Of a DNA stretch of 64,000 nucleotides, positions 48,121 through 61,178 are shown piece after piece. A program made the translations under genes and the position numbers. The first letter of the stretch is position 1. Each line of letters opens with the position of its first letter. The notes beneath the pieces were generated by a model. That model was not told where the DNA came from and did not search any database. It was given only the letters and a program-made list of their open reading frames with translations. The DNA is from Lobosporangium transversale. Its lineage: Eukaryota. The stretch is from positions 744,001 through 808,000 of the forward strand of contig NW_019028979.1 in assembly GCF_002105155.1 (NCBI RefSeq), in the 5' to 3' direction.

Positions 48121-51100
48121 ATGGTTCCATTTCCTCAATCCATGACATTGATCCAAACCCCTCCAGATCCTTCCCAACTAAACCCTTCTCGTCCAGACAC
48201 TGCCCCGCATCCACCATTCCATCCCACAGTCTCCGCCTGCAGAGGCCCTGAAGGTAGTTCCGAGTATTTAGTGTCTAGTCAAGTCTCATCAGAGTGCCCA
48301 TTCGCTTGGCAACAGCATCAACCACAACAGCTGCGGCCACAGCCTCGACAATGTGCGCATGCTCAGGCTCAAAGACGGGATCAGAAGTACAAGTGGAACA
48401 GGGACCAAGAGAAACAGGAGCAAATTTGGAAGCAAACACCAAGCCAAGGACAAAATATGCGAAATGACTCTTCATTTCGAGATCCTCCCCTTCTCCCCCT
48501 TCACTTCTCTCTTTTGCCTCCATCTTCACATTCCTCTCCTTATTCTCCCATATTTCTAAACCAGCCCAATACGTACCATATCCAGGGAAACAAACCTTCT
48601 GTACATTTACAGCACCATCATCATCAACCAAAACAGCAACAGCAACAGCTACAACAGCAACCACGACAACGACAACAAAAACCCATGTATCATCGACGAC
48701 AGGTCTCTGAATGTGTGCAAAAAATCAACCAAATTTATGAACGTATTCAACATAGTCAACTTCATCAATCAATTATTCGAGAACAGCATAATTTGACTCT
48801 TCCACAACTCTTTGCAAAAGAAGGAGATGCACCCAAACCTGACTCACGCTCGCCTGAGCTGGGGTATTTAAACGTGTTCAATGATTATTTCAGTCAGGAT
48901 CAGTTGGATCACAGTGATAACGATGTAGAGGCGCAATACTCTACAGATGATGATCATTCGGAAATGGAAGGCGAAGAAGAAAAGGGTGGCCAAGCTCAAA
49001 AGAAGGATGATATACAGTCCAACATGGAGAATACCCAGTAAGTGTAAACCATAAAATGTATAATGTTCACAATGTCTGGGTTTTAATCTTCAGAGTAGTA
49101 ACGTCGATCTTTTTTTTAAAAAAGACACGTTCCACAAAATGGACGGCGTCGATCTGTCTCCTTTTGTGGCCTTCTACTGTCTTCATTCGAGACGCCTTTG
49201 GTATCACCCAGCACACCTGCAAGCTGTCTATCGATGGCCTTATCTACAAGGGATGGTGCGCTCATGACGTTACCACTACCAACATCTCGCGATACCTCAT
49301 CATTTTCTTACATGCCTAGACGCCGCCACCATTCCTGTGTGGACTCTAACACTAAAGAGTTCCAAGCACTTTCTACTATTTTTGGTTGGGTGGCCGTCCC
49401 TGAATCCGGAAGTGGATGGTTAGCAACAACCCAAGCTGATATCTCCACCCAAAGTAATGCCAAAAAAGCGAAAACAGGTTGTAATCATGATCAGGCTCAT
49501 AGAAACGTTGGACAAAGCAACCAGCCTTCAGGTTTTGAGGGCGATGATGACTCGGACTTGGATCGAGTGTTTCAATTTGGCGTAAATATGACATGGAGCG
49601 CGTCGCTCGACTCTAGGTTTGTACGATGCCTCTTTTCCCTCAGTGCTGTTAATGTGGATCCTGAAGTGATAGTAACCCCCCCTTTTTTTTTATTATCATT
49701 TTTATTGTAGAGTCTCTGATATGATGGATAGCTGTCTTCAAAGTCCAATCCAAAGTCCCTACTCATCCAGCGATTCCATCGAAATGATGATGGGGATTGA
49801 TAGCTTTAGCCGAAGCTCGATCTCCACTCGACAAAGAGTATCTTTAACACGAATAAATGAGGATCAGAGTGAAAGGAGAAGATCGACAATGCAACATTTT
49901 GTAACAGAGGATGCGTTATCAAAGGCTCTAGAACGGAGCCAGAGGCAAGGTAGCGCAAATCCGGTGTCTGAGCACTTGGCGCAAACGCAAATCCAGGAAG
50001 AGATGCGTACATTGCATTCTGCGATAGCATTCTCAGATTCGCGAAACAATCGGGGAGAAGAACACCAACAGGAATCATCTTTGGGCGTAGATTTTGAGGG
50101 ATATGAGCTGAGCCTTCCCTCTTTTGTTAGCCGCAAGCTGAGCCCAGAGCAAATTACTGTTTCATATGAGGTCCTTGAGAGGAAAGTTGACACTCATGTT
50201 GAACATAAACATGAACATGAACATGAACATGAACATGAACATGAACATGAACATGAACATGAACATGAACATGAACATGAACATGAACATGAACATGAAC
50301 ATGAACATGAACATGAGCAGGAACAAGAACAAAGACATGCTCACGGATATGACGCCCGATTACAAGCAATAAACAATAGCAGTGCGACTTTCAGTATGGA
50401 GAAAGAGGTCGCTCAAGAGATCCTCGGTGACAGATATGCATCAGCATTACCGCTAGAATTAAAAACAATAGAAGAAGAAGTAGCAGCAGCAGCAGCAGTA
50501 GGAGGAGGAGGAGAAGTAAAAGAAGAAGAAGGAAAAGGAGAAATGGAACAAGGCATTGGTGATGTTGATGGTGATGAAGGAACATCATCATTAACACTGC
50601 TGCCACCACCTAAGCTCCCTCGATATTCCGAGGTCGGTGCTGGAGTGTTTGATTATTTAAATGATCGCCTGGAGGAACATGAAAGCTCAGACGCAATCGT
50701 GTATGCTTCACTGAGTACTCCTTCGTCAGATGCGCAATTAAATGCATCTCCTTTGCGCACTATCGCAGCAGCGACGGCCGCTAAGTTGGTTGAAAAGTTG
50801 ACGCATCAGTATGGCATTGGTAAGCTAAATAATTCGACGCAAAGTCTTTTTTATCTCTTATTGTACCGAAAACAAAGTGGAAGGGCTAATAATTATTTTT
50901 GTTGAATAGATGCAGGGTTTATGAGTGATTTCTTTCTGACATATCGATTGTTCATGCCTCCTGCACAGCTATGCGATTATCTCATTCAGCGTTATTTATG
51001 GGCTCTGGAAGGAAATACAGAAGTGCGCTTTGTCGCTCGAGCACGGTAAGACTAAAAATAATAATAAAAAAAGGAGCGCATTTAGCAACATGGGTAGTTG

Positions 51101-52521
51101 ACAAAGAAAAAAAAAAATCTATTTGCATTACCAATAACTAGGACGTTAGCCGTCTTTCGACACTGGGTGGACAACCATTTTGCAGATGACTTTTTGACCT
51201 CAAAGCTACTACGCTTCAAATTGGCATCGTTTCTTAATGGGATGCGCTCTCACCCAAAAGTTGAGGCCTCTGTTGAGGACTCGAAGACCATTCAGAGCCT
51301 CATTGAGTTTTTTAAGAGACGACGACAGTATCACAAAGGTCTTGTAAAACAAAGCCTCATGATTGAACAAGGGCAGCATTCCGTGCAGCCACAACAGCAA
51401 CGAGAAGACCAGGAGTGCTGTATTGGGCCAATGGACCCAGCACCAACAGTAATCCAACCAGTTAATCCTACACGCGGTATAATGTTTTATGAAAGCGACT
51501 CAAAAGCTGCTGAGGTTGAACAGCTGAAAATCTCGAGTGCACAGATCCCCGCACCTACCGAACAAGCGCTGGACAGGCCTGTTTCAGCAAGCGATGAGGC
51601 TCCAATGGCGAGCGAGGATGCACCGACCAAAGGACGCCATAGAGCTACCACCCTTGCAGGCACTAGTTCCGAGTCCATGTTCAATGAAAGAAATAGCCTT
51701 CCTTCGGTAAAAAATCATGGTTACAAAGAAAAAGAAGCTGCATGAGCGTGGAACTAATGTTATAAAGCTAAAGGAAAGTCATTGCTAATAATTGAAATAT
51801 GTGGTAAAACTTAAAGAGCTTTAGGTCAATATTTTCAAAAGAGCCTCGGTCTTGGGCCATGTCGAGAAGGATGAGTGAAGGTGAAGCCATTATTGTACCG
51901 AGAGGAAGGCGAGCATCCGCACCATCAGTGAAAACTGGAAAAAGTAGCAGTACTTGGTCGACCAAGATGACCATGAGTATCAGCAAGCTCCGTCAGAAGA
52001 GTGAAGACATCTACCAGCAGATTGTTAACCCAACAATTTTCCCAGGAAGCAAAGTTTTGGTAGCAGAGGGTAAGAAATGTGTATGCTGGGGACCAGTTTA
52101 TACAGGAATTACAGATTATTGCTTACCCATTACTACACGCAATCATCCAAGCCTACGGCCGCCAATTATTGGCGCTGTCTCTCCATTGGGCCTGGATGTA
52201 TTCCCGCAAGAGTCAATGCCGTCATCCATCGCTAACTTGATGACTTTCCCTTCAGCATTGCCGCCGATGCCCAATAGGTCACTTAACCGTATTAAATCAT
52301 CTGCTGCCCAAAGCCATAATAACTCTTCGGTGACCATACCTTTAGCTATACCTTCGCCAACCAAGACCCAGTTTTCGAGCATCTCGAGCCGCCATTCACG
52401 CTCTAGCTCCATTCCCTCCATGGGTTCACACCCGAATCCGGAATGTCCTCATCATGCTCAGTGCTCTGGTGTCGCAGCTAGTCGAGGCGCACCTAGTAAA
52501 AAGTCAATTGGGCCTTTGGAT

Positions 52522-52578
<57 letters not shown>

Positions 52579-53360
52579 AATGACGAGGATGATGATAATG
52601 ATGATGTTACCCCTGCGATGACACTGAGAGGAAGCCAAGATGAATTACTAGGGCTTATGGAGGCCCTGCAAATGGAGAAACAGCAGCAGGAACAACAAGA
52701 AGAGCGAGAGCGTTCAGGGTCAGTGTCATCACAACCCTCGACTCCGGGCTCGCCAGTATGGCATTACTATCCTTTTCATGCGATTATACAAAACCATTGC
52801 CATGGTGGTGCAAATATTGCCTATAAGCCTTTTATTCTCTTTTATCGGTCGCAAATGATTGCACAGCAACTCTGTCTAATTGAACAGCACTTCTTGAAGC
52901 AAGTGCAATGGAATGAGCTCCTGGAGCTTAAACTGGCAAAGGCAGGTCAAAAGAGCCGGAGCCGAACACATTCCACAGTAAGCGATTCTCCGTTCAAAAC
53001 TGATGACGAGCAGAGCGGTATCGAGGCAAGCACCGAGCGAAGCAATATGGTAAGATGAGTAATCATTGCAGGGAAACAAGCCTGTGGGGGAAACAATATG
53101 CCATGGAGGCAATAAAGAAGTACAGAGGATGTCAAGCAGACTAATGAATTCTCTTATGAATGTCTTTTTTTTTTTTTTTTTTTTTTTTTTTTAGTTATGT
53201 ATGTGGGTTGTTTCTGAAGTTGTCAGCACTAATCCGATTGAAGGCCGTGTACGCGTCATCGAAAAGTTCATTAGGATCGCTCAGGTATTTCTTTACCATA
53301 AAAAAAAAAGCTTGCTAACTATCTCAACAGCAACCTAACTATTTGAGTCTTGCTTTTAAT

Positions 53361-53400
<40 letters not shown>

Positions 53401-54579
53401 AATCATAGAAATGCTATCAATATAGAAACTACAATACTCTTATCCAATTGGTGATGGGCTTAGGTTCTTGGCAGTTGTGTGGCCTGAGGCGAACATGGTC
53501 CAGAGTCCGCAGCTATGAGATGCGTGTATTGCAGGAGCTCCAGGACTTCATCTCTCCATGCCGCAATTGGAATGTGATCCGGAGAGCCATGAATCAGGTT
53601 GGATGTCAAGAAACAACTGCTACGCCTACAAGCGATGTCACTGTGCGGAGGCCCAGTATATACGGAGTGAGTATGGTGCGGGGATTCAGTAATAGGTCTG
53701 GTAGGTGCCACTTCGATTAAGACGTTTGATAGTTGATTGTTTATTGCCAGTTGCATTACTCTGACTCTTTTTTGTCATTATCATTATAACGTGAATGGCA
53801 ATGTTCATAACAGAGGTCAACATACCTAGTACCCATCAGTCAACTGAGTCTGTTAATGGCTATAATGGTTCTGGCAGCACCAGCAGTCCCAGCATCAGCA
53901 ACAGCAGCAACAATGGTGGACACAGTAGCAAATATCTCCAGTATACAGTGCCTTTGGAAAAGCAAGGGTGTATCCCATTTCTCGGTCTGTTTATGTATGA
54001 CCTCACACATACCACAGTATTACCGCCATGGTACCTTCCTCCATTACTACTCAGTGACCAAAAAGAAGGGAAGGAAGAAGAGTGCGTTACCCCTCTAGAC
54101 AAGATGGAACATAATTCAACAGATGGTAGTATCATTGGAGCCCAACATTCAAAAGAATCAACCTCGCCAATGTCAATAAGTGATCAGCTACGGGCCCCCA
54201 GTAGTGCAGAACTACAAGAACTGCTTCCAACAGGAAAATTGCTTGTGAATTTCTATCGGCTCCAGCTGATCGGTAAGCATTACTTTATATTACTTTTGAA
54301 GGAAGGGGGAGGAAGGAGATGGGCGTAGGTGGCTCTTTAAGCTGTCGATTTTATGCTTCAGTTGAACTTACTTTCTCTCTCTCTCTTTTTTTACCCTTAA
54401 TAGCCAAGACGATCAAGTGGTTTTTGGCTTTCCAGAAGCGCCCCCAAAAGTACACGTTCTCCTTGGACAGTACGCTTTATTCGAAATGCCTCTTGCTCCG
54501 GGTCCTTAACGAAGATCGATTACGAGAGCTTGCAGACAGTTGCGAAGGCGAATACAAAATGAATAACTCACCAGAATAA
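48121..54579 (+). CDS. LTE1: RasGEF (REM + CDC25 domains), Lte1-like, ~1822 aa, 10 exons
   Basis: Phase-consistent exons 48121-49037, 49125-49616, 49711-50819, 50910-51045, 51142-51706, 51817-53049, 53195-53284, 53409-53700, 53814-54272, 54404-54579. REM motifs AATAAKLVEKLT, DFFLTYRLF and RHWVDNHFADDF; CDC25 motifs IAQQLCLIE..WNELL, WVVSEV, KFIRIAQKC..RNYNTL and GCIPFLGLFMYDL. The Lte1 assignment rests on recalled motif similarity, and the 5' exons are less certain. Confidence 0.88.
50210..50317 (+). repeat. (CATGAA)17 + CATGAG coding microsatellite encoding (His-Glu)18
   Basis: Perfect hexamer array inside RasGEF exon 3. Confidence 0.95.
52525..52605 (+). repeat. (GAT)n coding repeat, poly-Asp tract
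   Basis: Directly visible in RasGEF exon 6. Confidence 0.9.
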
Positions 54580-55383
54580 TAAAAAGGAACAAGGAAGTGG
54601 GTTAAGATGTATGTAGATTTCATCCTATTTAACATTATAAAAGTATAGTAGAATCTTTTTTTTTTTAATGATTTATGAATTATAAGTTATGTATATATTA
54701 TATTCCTCTTATTTTATTTTCCATTTTTAATGAAAATGACCGAACACCATTATTAATCACCGCCTTCGCCCCCTTTTCTACTTTAACGTCCTTCTCCTGA
54801 GCCCTTCCTGCCTGATCAAACTTGATCCACTTTCTTTCTATCTGAAATAAATCTTAACGGCATTTATACAAAGACTACTTATAGATAGACCATGAACAAT
54901 AGTGATTCTGCTAATAAGAAGCAACAAAAGACAAGTGCTGTGCGTTCCCAGTAGATTAGAGTTAACATATGCTGAGAAGAGAAAAAAGCGAAAAACGAAG
55001 CAGGAAACAAATTTAATGAGTGTCAGCCCAGCTCATGCACCTGATTGGCCATGATCTTGTGTCTTCGAAAAAAAAACTTTAACTCAATTTCAACCCACAC
55101 TCATTGTTGCCCAACATTGCCTCATTCCATGCTCCTCATTCGCTTTCAATCTTTTCTTCCTTCCTTCTTTCTTTCTCCTCCATCTCTATACCCCCTCTGT
55201 CTCCTCCTCCTGTATCCTCCTCCGCCCCTTCTGTCTCTCGTTTTCACCCCCTCTTTTTTTTATTACTATTATAATTCCGAAAACACTTGTCTGTGCTTTT
55301 GTTGCACTTTAATTCAACTGTCTCTCCCTCCCTCTCTCACACACTTTCATTTCAACTTTGATTAATTCAACGGACACTTACTG

Positions 55384-56686
55384 ATGTCCGATCAAAAGCA
55401 GGAACTACATGAGATGAACCATGTAGGCACCACTGGTGACAAGAAGGATTTGGAGAGTATCGAGAGTTTAGAGTCTGAGCAACACAAACCTCTCACTAGG
55501 CGCGAGATTCAAGGATGGTAAAGACAAAAAAGAAAACTCACCTTTTTCACATCCTAATTCCCTCTGACGTATATATTATATATAAAGCGTTTCTTCTTAC
55601 ATTGCATATTCCGAAATAACAGAAACTAGGCAGTTTTTTTTTTTTTTTTTTTATTTTTATTTTTATTTTTAATAATTTCCTTCCACCAGATAACTCAGAT
55701 TCTCCACATCTCTTTGTTTTCCCCCTCTTTGGCTCTTTTTATTTATTATTTTTTTGTGTTCTTGGGCCAGGTCATGCTTCAAAGCTGGGGACCAAAGGAA
55801 AAAACCAATAATAAACAAAAAAAAAAAAAAAAAAAAGAGTGGATAGTCTGGCTGGGTCTTTGACAATGATGCTATTGCATGGATATACAGTGTCAAATTA
55901 TTCACTAACCTTTTTTCTTTTAAAATTCTTCTGGCGCGCATGATAATGTAATTTTAATTTAATAGGCTTGCGTATGCTGTTGCTGTAAGTGAGGTCTAAT
56001 TGCTCTTTTTTTTTGTACCTTTAAACTCTGTTTTATGTGTGACCTTCCTGGTAAAAAATTAGCGAAAAGCGATTTCTCACATTTATGAGCTGTCTTTTTT
56101 TTTTTTTTTTTTTTTTTAGGCCGAGCCTTATAGCGTCGTCTGTATTTCAACCCTTGCGCCTATTGTACTTGAGGCTCTTGCTAGCGGCAATGGACGTCAA
56201 TTCGATAACAGAGACCTGCCTTGTGATACGGTAAATCTCTTTATTTTATATCATTTATTACCCTTGTAATTGCAATCAAAAAAAAAAAAGATATCATGTC
56301 ATCCCTATAAATTATACACCACACTCAGTTTGTATGACAAATCTTGGTTGAAAAAAAATCTCCTCCGCGAGTGTGGAGTGTCACAAACAGTGTAGCATGT
56401 TCATGTATTTGTGCATTGGGTACCCGCATGTGCCACAAATCTTTTATAATCTCGGCTCTCCTACTTCCATTATCTTTCGCCAATCCACCATTTGTATGCC
56501 ATACCGACTTGATCAGTAATGTTTATACATACAGTACCCGAGCATGTTACTAAATGATTTGGAAGGAGGACTTGGAAACTTCAAAAATTATAGTATAATA
56601 AAAGCACTTGCACAAGTGTCCTCATGCATGTGCCTCTGCCAATTGCAGTGGAATGAGAGCCGAGTTATTGACAAAGCAAATTAATC

Positions 56687-56718
<32 letters not shown>

Positions 56719-57054
56719 AGCATCAAGTAAACTACAAGGTATTTTTTATGAAAAAAAAAAAAGAAGACTAAAGGCTCATTGTAATTCAGAAATCATCAAG
56801 ATCTGTGTCCAATATCTTCAATGTATTCCTAAACAGCAACGGATTTTTCTTCCTTTCTTTCTCTCTTTCCCTCTATCCTTACTTTCAGTGCGTTGTAAAG
56901 ATTGGATCGATATGGCTAGACACAGCATCCTTTTCGCTTTATTGTATTTCGGTCTCAGTATTCTTGCAAGCAGTTGTTTTTATCAGTATGGGTGCATTAG
57001 CTGATCACGGCAGTAAGTGAAATGGATTTCATCCGCACTCATTATTGTCTCCCC

Positions 57055-57087
<33 letters not shown>

Positions 57088-58554
57088 TTAATATTCGTTA
57101 ATGCCTTTTTTTATTTTTTTTTATTTTTTTTTATAGACCGGCGCAAGTCCTTCTTGATGACGTTCGCATTCATTGGATCCATCGCAACTATCCTTTTTGC
57201 TGTTATCCGCACTGCCAGTATGGTTTACATCATTTATTATCTTTGGCCGAAAAAAAAAAAACTTTACATCTGTAAACATTTGATTATTTACTTGTACTGT
57301 ACACTTCTCTTATCTTTTAGGTTTGTATTGGTTTGCGGGAATATTGGTGATCATCTCCAACGTGGCATTTGGCGCAAGTTGGGTCTTGTATTATGCATTT
57401 ATCCCCACTCTAACCCGTGATCATCCCGAAGTCATTGATGTCAAAAGAGGACTCGCCACCAAAACTGGAGTAGAAGCAGAAGTAGAAGCAGAAGCAGAAG
57501 CAACAAAGACTTTATCGGATTATTATTTCATTCAAGACAAGGTCTCCAATTCCTTATCATCTCATTCAATGGCCATTGGATATGCTGCAGGTGTGACAAT
57601 GTTGATCATTGCAGCCGGTATTGCAGTCGCAATGGGTCAGACGACCTATTCGATGCAGGTCGGCATGGCTTTGACAGGACTCTGGTGGTTTGCGGTCTCG
57701 TTCTTCACTCTCAAATACATGGCCCCTCAGCCTGGTGAGCCTCTGCCAGGCAATGTCAACCTATTCTTTTATTCTTGGAGACGTCGTAAGTTTTTTTGTT
57801 TATTTTTTTGTAATATAGTTTAATTTAAAAGTAGAAGCTTTGATATCAGTTCTAATCCATTTGTTTAATTTTTATTTTTACTTTTATTTATGCAGTTGGA
57901 AAGACGTTGACAGAAGCTCGCTTGCTCAAGGAGACATTCAAATATCTCGTTTCATGGTTCATTCTCTCGGATGGCAACTCCACTATCGTCTCCTTAGCCA
58001 TCTTCCTCGGCAAAAAGAAATTCTTGCTCACCAACACTCAACTGATGATTGGAGCCATTCTGGTTCCGTTTTCGGCCTTGATTGGAACCTATGCTTGGTT
58101 ATGGATCCAACGTCGGATGAATTTGACATCGAAACAAATGCTCTTGATCATCTCTGCAGCCTTCGCTATGGTCCCTGTATATTGCCTCATTGGCTTCTCT
58201 AACAGCTTCGGGCTCGTTCACAAGGTCGAGATCTGGCCCTGTCTTGTTTATTTCGGTTTGATGTTGGGAGCCTTCCAAAGTTTCTCTAGAGTCATGTATG
58301 CGGCTCTGATCCCCAAGGGCAAAGAATCGGAATTCTTTTCGTTATATGGTATCACAGACAAATCCTCTTCTTGGTTAGGACCCTTGATCACGGGTGCGAT
58401 CATCGAAAACAATGATACTCGTTGGGGCTTCGTCTTCCCTCTAGTCATGATGGTCTTTCCCTTGATCTTGCTCCTTTGGATCGATGTTGACAAGGGTATT
58501 CAGGATGCGGAACGCTTCAGTAAAGAGCATACAGATGCCAAGGATGGATTGTAA
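55384..58554 (+). CDS. ATG22: Atg22-family vacuolar MFS amino-acid efflux transporter, ~536 aa
   Basis: Exons 55384-55517, 55966-55984, 56120-56230, 56721-56738, 56889-57012, 57137-57217, 57321-57785, 57896-58554. Motifs TRREIQGW.AY..AAEPY, DTASFSLY..SVSVFLQA...GALADHG.RRK, SWFILSDG and LIPKGKESEFFSLYGITDKSSSWLGP. Confidence 0.94.
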
Positions 58555-58759
58555 AGAAAAAAAAAAAAAAAAAAAAAAAAAAAGACTTTGTGCTTCAAGC
58601 AGCTAAATAGTCGTTTAATATGTTCCTTCAGAAAAAAAAAAAGCCAAAAAAGCTAAAAACTTTGTGGAGACTATTAAGTTTGAGAGTTCATTCATTATCC
58701 TCATCTTTTTGTTTTATTTTATTTTAATCAGACCTGGCGTTCATCGTTCTTTATAGTAT

Positions 58760-59753
58760 TTACATCATGCCAGGCCAGTTGGTAGAGTGGAAATCATCTT
58801 GGACTCCACTTAGATCCAAGCAGTGATTCTGTGCTGCTTGTTGTTGTTGTTGTTGTTGCTGCTGTCGGAACTGTTGTTGGTTAAACTGGTTACCTGCACC
58901 ACCATTACCACCACACATACCTACGCCTATACCCCCAATACCGTTGCCACCACCACCTATGCCACCTAGAGTTCCAAATGATTGATGCATCCGAGCATTT
59001 TGAGCTGCTGCTGCTGCTAAAGTTTGTTCTAGAAGAGCTTGTACCTGATCTGAACTAAGCTCCTCATCCATTGGCCCCAATTCCCCATTGTTATTATTAT
59101 TATTGTTGCTGCTGTTGTTGGTCAATCCCATAGAACCTAGAGTGCTATCTGGAGGCTCGAGCTTGAGAGGTAAAAAGAGACCAGATGTATCAATTTCATT
59201 TAGTGGCTGGTGAGACTGATGTAAGTTGTTGTTGTTATTAATAGTAGCAGTCGCAATAGAAGTGGTTGTAGTAGTAGGAGTAGAATTAGCCGTAACACCA
59301 ACGCCGCTTGAGGTCATATTATACATGGGATTATTCAAGTAGGCATTGAACAGATGCTGATGAGAGGGATTGGTGGTATTGTTGTTGTTGTTGTTATTGT
59401 TGTTATTGCTGTTATTGGTGTAATTACTGATATGGGTCGTGGCGATGGACGTAGCAGGCGACATTGTACTATTGTTCGTATTATTATTAATACCAAGAGC
59501 GTTGTTACCGGTATTACTGTTGCTATTATTGTTATTGTTGTCGGCGCCTGTGGTGGCGTTGTTGTTATTGCTAGCGCTGCTTGGATCCAGACTCGAAGTT
59601 CGGCTCATGAATTGTGAGTCTGTCAAGAAGCAAATATTGGACCCTGTCATAGCACTCATATCGTTCCAAAGAATCGGATTAAAAGAGTCATATAAGCCCA
59701 TTTGTTGACCGATCTGATTGTATAACTGTTGAGTTTGTTGCTGTTGCTGTTGT

Positions 59754-59800
<47 letters not shown>

Positions 59801-61140
59801 TTGATGTTGATGTTGTTGCTGTTGTTGCTGTTGTTGCTGTTGTTGCTGTTGTTGTTGTTGTTGTTGTTGTTGCTGCTGCTGATGTTGCTGTAGCAACAAC
59901 TGTTGTTGTAAAATCTGTTGAGCCTGTTGCTGCTGTTGGATAGTCAGCGTCATAGGTTGTTGTTGTGCGAATGTTGGGAAGATGCTGCTGGTGGGTGAGA
60001 GGACATTATTGATTAAGTTTGTATTTGTATTTTGCAACTGCTGATTTTGTGCCGATTGCTGCTGTTGTTGCTGTTGTTGTTGATATTGTTGGAGAAGTTG
60101 ATGAGGCTGAAATATTGTTCCAGAGGTGGCAGGAGGCTGACTCAAAATCGCGGTCGTTGTCTGAAACTGTTTCAAGCTCTCCATGACCTGTGGACCTCCA
60201 AATGGCCCAACGAACTGTGAGACCTTTTGAATCTTTCCAGGGTTATAATAACTTCCTCCACTATCATCGCTTCCTGCTACAAGGGGAGATGCTGAAGAGG
60301 TCACAGGGGCTTGGCGCTGTTGCTGCTGCTGTGCTTGCAGTTGTTGTTGTTGATGGAAATATTGATTCATATTCACACGCTGCTGAGCTTCGTGTTGCAT
60401 GTGGCTGTGTCGCTTTCTGTTCAGACCAGATGCTCCCATCGAAGGTGAGACTACAGAGTTACTCCTAGCCTTCGCGCGTTCCTCACGTCCAATTCTGACC
60501 AACCGACTGATATTACGGCGGTCATTTCCATCAAGTAATCCTTGACTAAGTTGCTGTCCGCTCAAAGTCGTGGCTCCTGCTCCTACTCCTGCTCCTGCTC
60601 CAGATCCAGATCCAGATCCAGTCCCAGCTCCAGCTCCTCCAACTCCATGTCCTCGTCTAGTGGTGGGTATCCTGTTACGTTTTGCAATCGCCAGGCTCTT
60701 GATCGCCCCTGCACAGACATGAACACTCGATTGACTGAGTCCCTTGACTGTATGCATAAACTCTTCAAAGAACGAGAGTACGCAATTAATATTCTGTTCA
60801 TCACTGTTGGCTCGTGGAGAGGAGTAAAACTCCCGGAAGAACCGCATAATATAATCGAAGTTGCTCTTCGCGGTCTCTGCAATCTTAGCATCGGCTGACT
60901 TGAGGAACATGACATGGATTCGAATGGCGTTCAACATGGCATATTCGCCCACACTGGTTAATTCAAAGGATTTTTGATACGTCAGAGCTAATACTCTTGC
61001 AATTTCTGTGATTTTGGTGGCGGATTTAATGCAAATGTCTTGTGATCGATAAGGAGATCGCTTGAGATGTTCAGAAGATGAGAGATAGGGCTTGTGAAGC
61101 AGGATCAATGCTGATTCATACAACATTTGTGCGATACCTA

Positions 61141-61178
<38 letters not shown>

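Noticed and set aside
51707..51816. Apparent premature stop/frameshift in the RasGEF (ORF ends at 51745)
   Set aside because: Explained by a phase-0 intron GTAAAA...GCTAAT...AAAG, so it is not a pseudogene.
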